Positions 61,100 through 64,000 of a stretch of DNA of 64,000 bases are shown here, in pieces. Numbering within the stretch: the stretch's first letter is position 1; the number at the start of each line of letters is the position of its first letter. The notes beneath the pieces were generated by a model that worked only from the letters and a program-made list of their open reading frames with translations, was not told the DNA's origin and made no database searches. The position numbers and the translations under genes are program-made. The DNA comes from an uncultured Alphaproteobacteria bacterium (GTDB taxonomy: Bacteria > Pseudomonadota > Alphaproteobacteria > Rhodobacterales > Rhodobacteraceae), in the NCBI GenBank assembly GCA_963736565.1, contig CAVTOW010000002.1, forward strand, positions 807,497 to 871,496, written 5' to 3'.

Positions 61100-61696
61100 T
61101 CAGCCCTCCGGCACTCCAAGCAGCCGAAGTTGGACAGCCAGAAGGCGCAATCCTTCGTCGCGCAGGACGAAATCCCGTGTGCCCAGCGACCAGCGGATCG
61201 CCACACCTTGAATGATGGATGTCAGAAGCACAGCCACATCCGCAGCAGCGACATCTTTGACAAAAGTATTGTCCCGCTGGCACTCGACAACTTCACGCAT
61301 CAGAAGCCCGTGCAGTGCGGCCAGACGGTCCCGGAAGGCAGCGCGCAGAGCAGCGTTTTCGACGTTCAGTTCGCGCGAGAACAAGAGCATGGGCATCGCA
61401 GGGTGCGCCGTGATCTGATCCAGCTGCGCGCCCACCAGCGCCTTCAACCGTTCGACCGGTGGCTTGGCTTCTTCCAGCGCTTCGGCCCAGGCCGCCGTGA
61501 GCAGGCCCGCGACATGATCGGCAACCGCCACCCACATCTCGGCCTTGGTCGGAAAATGCCGGAAGATGGCGGCCTGCGTCACCCCGACTTCTGCCGCGAC
61601 GGCGCCGGTCGTCACCCGGTCCGGTCCGATCCTGTCGGCAAGATCAAGGATCACCGCGACGATCTGGGCCTTGCGAAGTTCAGCCGATTTGCGCAT
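61100..61696 (-). CDS. TetR-family regulator
   Basis: HTH AVAAEVGVTQAAIFRHFPTK. Confidence 0.9.
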   Translation of the reverse strand: MRKSAELRKAQIVAVILDLADRIGPDRVTTGAVAAEVGVTQAAIFRHFPTKAEMWVAVADHVAGLLTAAWAEALEEAKPPVERLKALVGAQLDQITAHPAMPMLLFSRELNVENAALRAAFRDRLAALHGLLMREVVECQRDNTFVKDVAAADVAVLLTSIIQGVAIRWSLGTRDFVLRDEGLRLLAVQLRLLGVPEG

Positions 61697-61711
61697 GGGA
61701 TTGCCTGATCA

Positions 61712-61735
61712 TAGTAAGTGATTAAATACTAACTA
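61712..61735. promoter_or_regulatory. Putative TetR operator
   Basis: Imperfect AT-rich palindrome TAGTAAGTGATTAAATACTAACTA just upstream of tetR. Confidence 0.55.
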
Positions 61736-61795
61736 AAGCGGGCGCAAGAGTCAATCCGACTGTGGCAAAACTTTGCAGAGATCAGCGGACCAAAC

Positions 61796-62069
61796 TCAGG
61801 GCGAAGCGCGAGGGGATGACCGTACGGGAAAGCGCGACGTCGTCAGGATCGCGCCAGTCGCGTCGAGGGTGAACCTGCAAGCCCGGTCAGCATGACGAAA
61901 TGTCAGCCGCCAGCGCCCCGCATCTTCGCCCTCTCCGGCTTCGCAAAGTGAGGTGAGCGTGCCGTCGCGCATGGCAAGGCGCACATCGTCCTCGGTCATC
62001 TTGAAGGCTTCGGCCAGAAGGGCGGCCGGAATGACGAAGCCGCTCGCCGTCGCGTTCGATCCGGGTCAT
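61796..62069 (-). CDS. Small DUF6522-like protein (one frameshift)
   Basis: MTRIERDGE..FVIPAALLA, CEAGEGEDAGRWRLTF; start overlaps the Rrf2 stop. Confidence 0.6.
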
Positions 62070-62500
62070 GGCTGACCCACCAAGCCAAGGGGACTTTGCG
62101 GTGCCAGCGCGATATCGGCCAAGGTCGAGCGGTTGAGATCGTCCAGAAATGCCGCTTCTGCCGACCTCAACCGGGCCTTGAGGCGGCATCGCCCATCGAT
62201 CGAACAGGTCCCGGCATCGGTCCCAAAGCATTCGACCAGCGGCTGACCTTCCTCAAGCAGGCGCACGATGTCGCCCAGCCGGATATCCGCCGCCGGGCGC
62301 GCGAGCACCGCACCACCACCGCCACCACGCCGGGTGTCGATGAACCCCGCGCGCGACAGATGCTGCATGATCTTTGCCAGATGGTTGCGTGACAGCCCAA
62401 GATCCTCGGCCAGCTCGGACGTGGAAAACGCCCGCGCGGGATCGCCCGCCATGCGCATCAGCATGCGAAGGCCAAAGTCGGTGAACGAGGTCAGGCGCAT
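62066..62500 (-). CDS. Rrf2-family (NsrR-like) Fe-S regulator
   Basis: MRLTSFTDFGLR, SRNHLAKI, three Cys in VECFGTDAGTCSIDGRCRL. Confidence 0.88.
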   Translation of the reverse strand: MRLTSFTDFGLRMLMRMAGDPARAFSTSELAEDLGLSRNHLAKIMQHLSRAGFIDTRRGGGGGAVLARPAADIRLGDIVRLLEEGQPLVECFGTDAGTCSIDGRCRLKARLRSAEAAFLDDLNRSTLADIALAPQSPLGLVGQP

Positions 62501-62517
62501 GCCGGTCACTTCCCTTG

Positions 62518-62540
62518 AATTGGTATTTACAATACCTATT
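62518..62540. promoter_or_regulatory. Putative Rrf2/NsrR-like operator between divergent genes
   Basis: AATT-GGTATT-TAC-AATACC-TATT inverted repeat. Confidence 0.65.
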
Positions 62541-62576
62541 AGCAGGTCTAAGCCAAAGTGCAAGACGGAGACTCAG

Positions 62577-63032
62577 ATGGAAACGGTCGCTCCACCACGG
62601 AACCCCACCTCTGCACGTCCAGCCGTGACGGCTGCCGTGATGGCGGAAACCGGGCTGGACGAAGAGGTTCTGCGTCAGCTGGTGCACCGCTTTTACGGCA
62701 AGGTCCGCGACGACAGATTGCTGGGCCCGATCTTCGCGGCAAGGATCACCGATTGGCCCCCGCATCTGGAACGCATGGTGACCTTCTGGTCGTCGGTCGC
62801 CCTGATGACGGGTCAGTATCATGGCCGCCCGGTGCCTGCGCACACGCCGCTGCCGATTGATGCGGCGCATTTCGACCGCTGGCTGGCGCTATTCCGTGCC
62901 ACGGCAGAGGAAACCTGCACTCCGGCAGGCGCGGCCCATGTGATGGAGCGCGCCGAACGTATAGCCCAATCCCTGCATATCGCGGTTGCATCCGCCCAGG
63001 CTTGCCCGGCCGCGCCACCCAAGCTGTTCTGA
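62577..63032 (+). CDS. Group III truncated hemoglobin
   Basis: LVHRFYGKVRDDRLLGPIF, WPPHL, FWSS, HFDRWLALF. Confidence 0.88.
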   Translation: METVAPPRNPTSARPAVTAAVMAETGLDEEVLRQLVHRFYGKVRDDRLLGPIFAARITDWPPHLERMVTFWSSVALMTGQYHGRPVPAHTPLPIDAAHFDRWLALFRATAEETCTPAGAAHVMERAERIAQSLHIAVASAQACPAAPPKLF

Positions 63033-63048
63033 TGACAGGAGCATCCCG

Positions 63049-63534
63049 ATGACAAACGTCCCGATCCACGACGCCGCAGCCCTGACCCAACATATCGAGA
63101 CCCGCTATCACGCGCGCCACCGCGAGCAGTTGCCGATGCTGGCTGCCATGGCAGAGCGGGTCGAGGACGTGCATTTCGGCGACGAAGGGGTGCCGGATGG
63201 CCTGTCGGTGCTTCTGCAGAAGATGATTGGCGAGATGGAAGTGCACATGAAGAAAGAGGAGTTGATCCTCTTTCCAGCCATCCGGCGCGGCGGGATGCCC
63301 GGGATCGAGCAGCCGATTGCGGTGATGCGGGCGGATCATGCCGGGCATGACCGCGAGGTGGCCGAGATCCGGCGCCAGACTGCAAACCTGACCCTGCCCG
63401 AAGGGGCCTGTGGCACCTGGACGCGGCTTTATGAAGGTCTGGCCGAATTCATCGACGATCTGACCGAACACATGCGGCTGGAAAACGAGGTGCTTTTCCC
63501 GCAGTTCGAACCCGCCGGGCGTGCCGATGCCTGA
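63049..63534 (+). CDS. Hemerythrin-domain RIC/YtfE-like di-iron protein lacking the ScdA_N domain
   Basis: RYHARHRE, HMKKEELILFP, MRADH, ACGTW, EHMRLENEVLFP. Confidence 0.82.
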   Translation: MTNVPIHDAAALTQHIETRYHARHREQLPMLAAMAERVEDVHFGDEGVPDGLSVLLQKMIGEMEVHMKKEELILFPAIRRGGMPGIEQPIAVMRADHAGHDREVAEIRRQTANLTLPEGACGTWTRLYEGLAEFIDDLTEHMRLENEVLFPQFEPAGRADA

Positions 63535-64000
63535 TCCGGGCCACTATGCTTCGCCACCCTGTCTGGCTGCCGAGATCGCGCCGGATTACTTTGACCCGTT
63601 GGCAACAGACCCCGAACAGGCCCGCGACGTGGCGCGCTGGCGGCGGGCCGAGCGCATCCGCCTGCGGGCTGAACGGGACGCGCTTTCGGTGGCTGACCGG
63701 CAGGCCGCAGGTGCCGCTTTGGCGGGGCATCTGCGGCAGGTCCTGGCGGACAGGTTCGGCGGCGCGGCGGGGATGGTCCTGTCCGCCTATTGGCCGATCA
63801 AGGGCGAACCTGATCTGCGCGGCCTGATGGCCGAGTTGCACGATGCGGGCGTCATCATCGCGCTGCCGGTGGTCGAGGTGCGTGCAAGCCCGCTGGTCTT
63901 TCGCCGCTGGCAGCCCGGTTTGCGGATGGTGCGAGGGGATTGGGATATTCCCGTTCCTCCCACGGACGCCGAACGGCTGGTGCCGGTGATCTCGCTGGCT
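63527..64000 (+). CDS. 5-formyltetrahydrofolate cyclo-ligase, 3'-truncated by window edge
   Basis: WRRAERIRLRAER, SAYWPIKGEPDL, IALPVV, WDIPVP. Confidence 0.8.
   Translation, partial: MPDPGHYASPPCLAAEIAPDYFDPLATDPEQARDVARWRRAERIRLRAERDALSVADRQAAGAALAGHLRQVLADRFGGAAGMVLSAYWPIKGEPDLRGLMAELHDAGVIIALPVVEVRASPLVFRRWQPGLRMVRGDWDIPVPPTDAERLVPVISLA

Overview
Rhodobacteraceae-like, high-GC alphaproteobacterial chromosome segment in two parts. (1) About 1-31.2 kb is core genome: agmatinase-like gene, dps, fabF, mltG, a collapsed gene transfer agent (GTA) locus, cysE, pdhCBA, ftsB, class I aldolase, pgk, two cyclophilins, tyrS, anmK, rarD, eno, Fur/Mur, DMT transporters and class II RNR nrdJ with NrdR boxes. 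The GTA locus keeps its leader and small terminase. The rest of the structural cluster is reduced to one uninterrupted ORF that joins the N-terminal ATPase part of the large terminase to the C-terminal half of the g15 baseplate 'megatron' protein. (2) From about 31.2 kb onward is a genomic island that starts at a 17-bp tRNA 3'-end fragment (att) next to a tyrosine integrase. Its cargo includes a serine recombinase, many IS remnants (IS5, IS6, IS3, and an IS110/IS1111 end with its non-coding RNA region), and an AmiC/AmiR(ANTAR)-controlled amide ABC/acetamidase operon with a visible ANTAR hairpin/terminator leader. It also carries an HWE kinase with an EcfG-type promoter, a non-Pyl MttB, a baeRF-like protein, an adenylate cyclase-TPR protein and an Rrf2/truncated-globin/hemerythrin module. 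Many conserved genes carry single-base insertions that look like consensus artefacts, so coordinates of frameshifted genes are reconstructed by eye and approximate.
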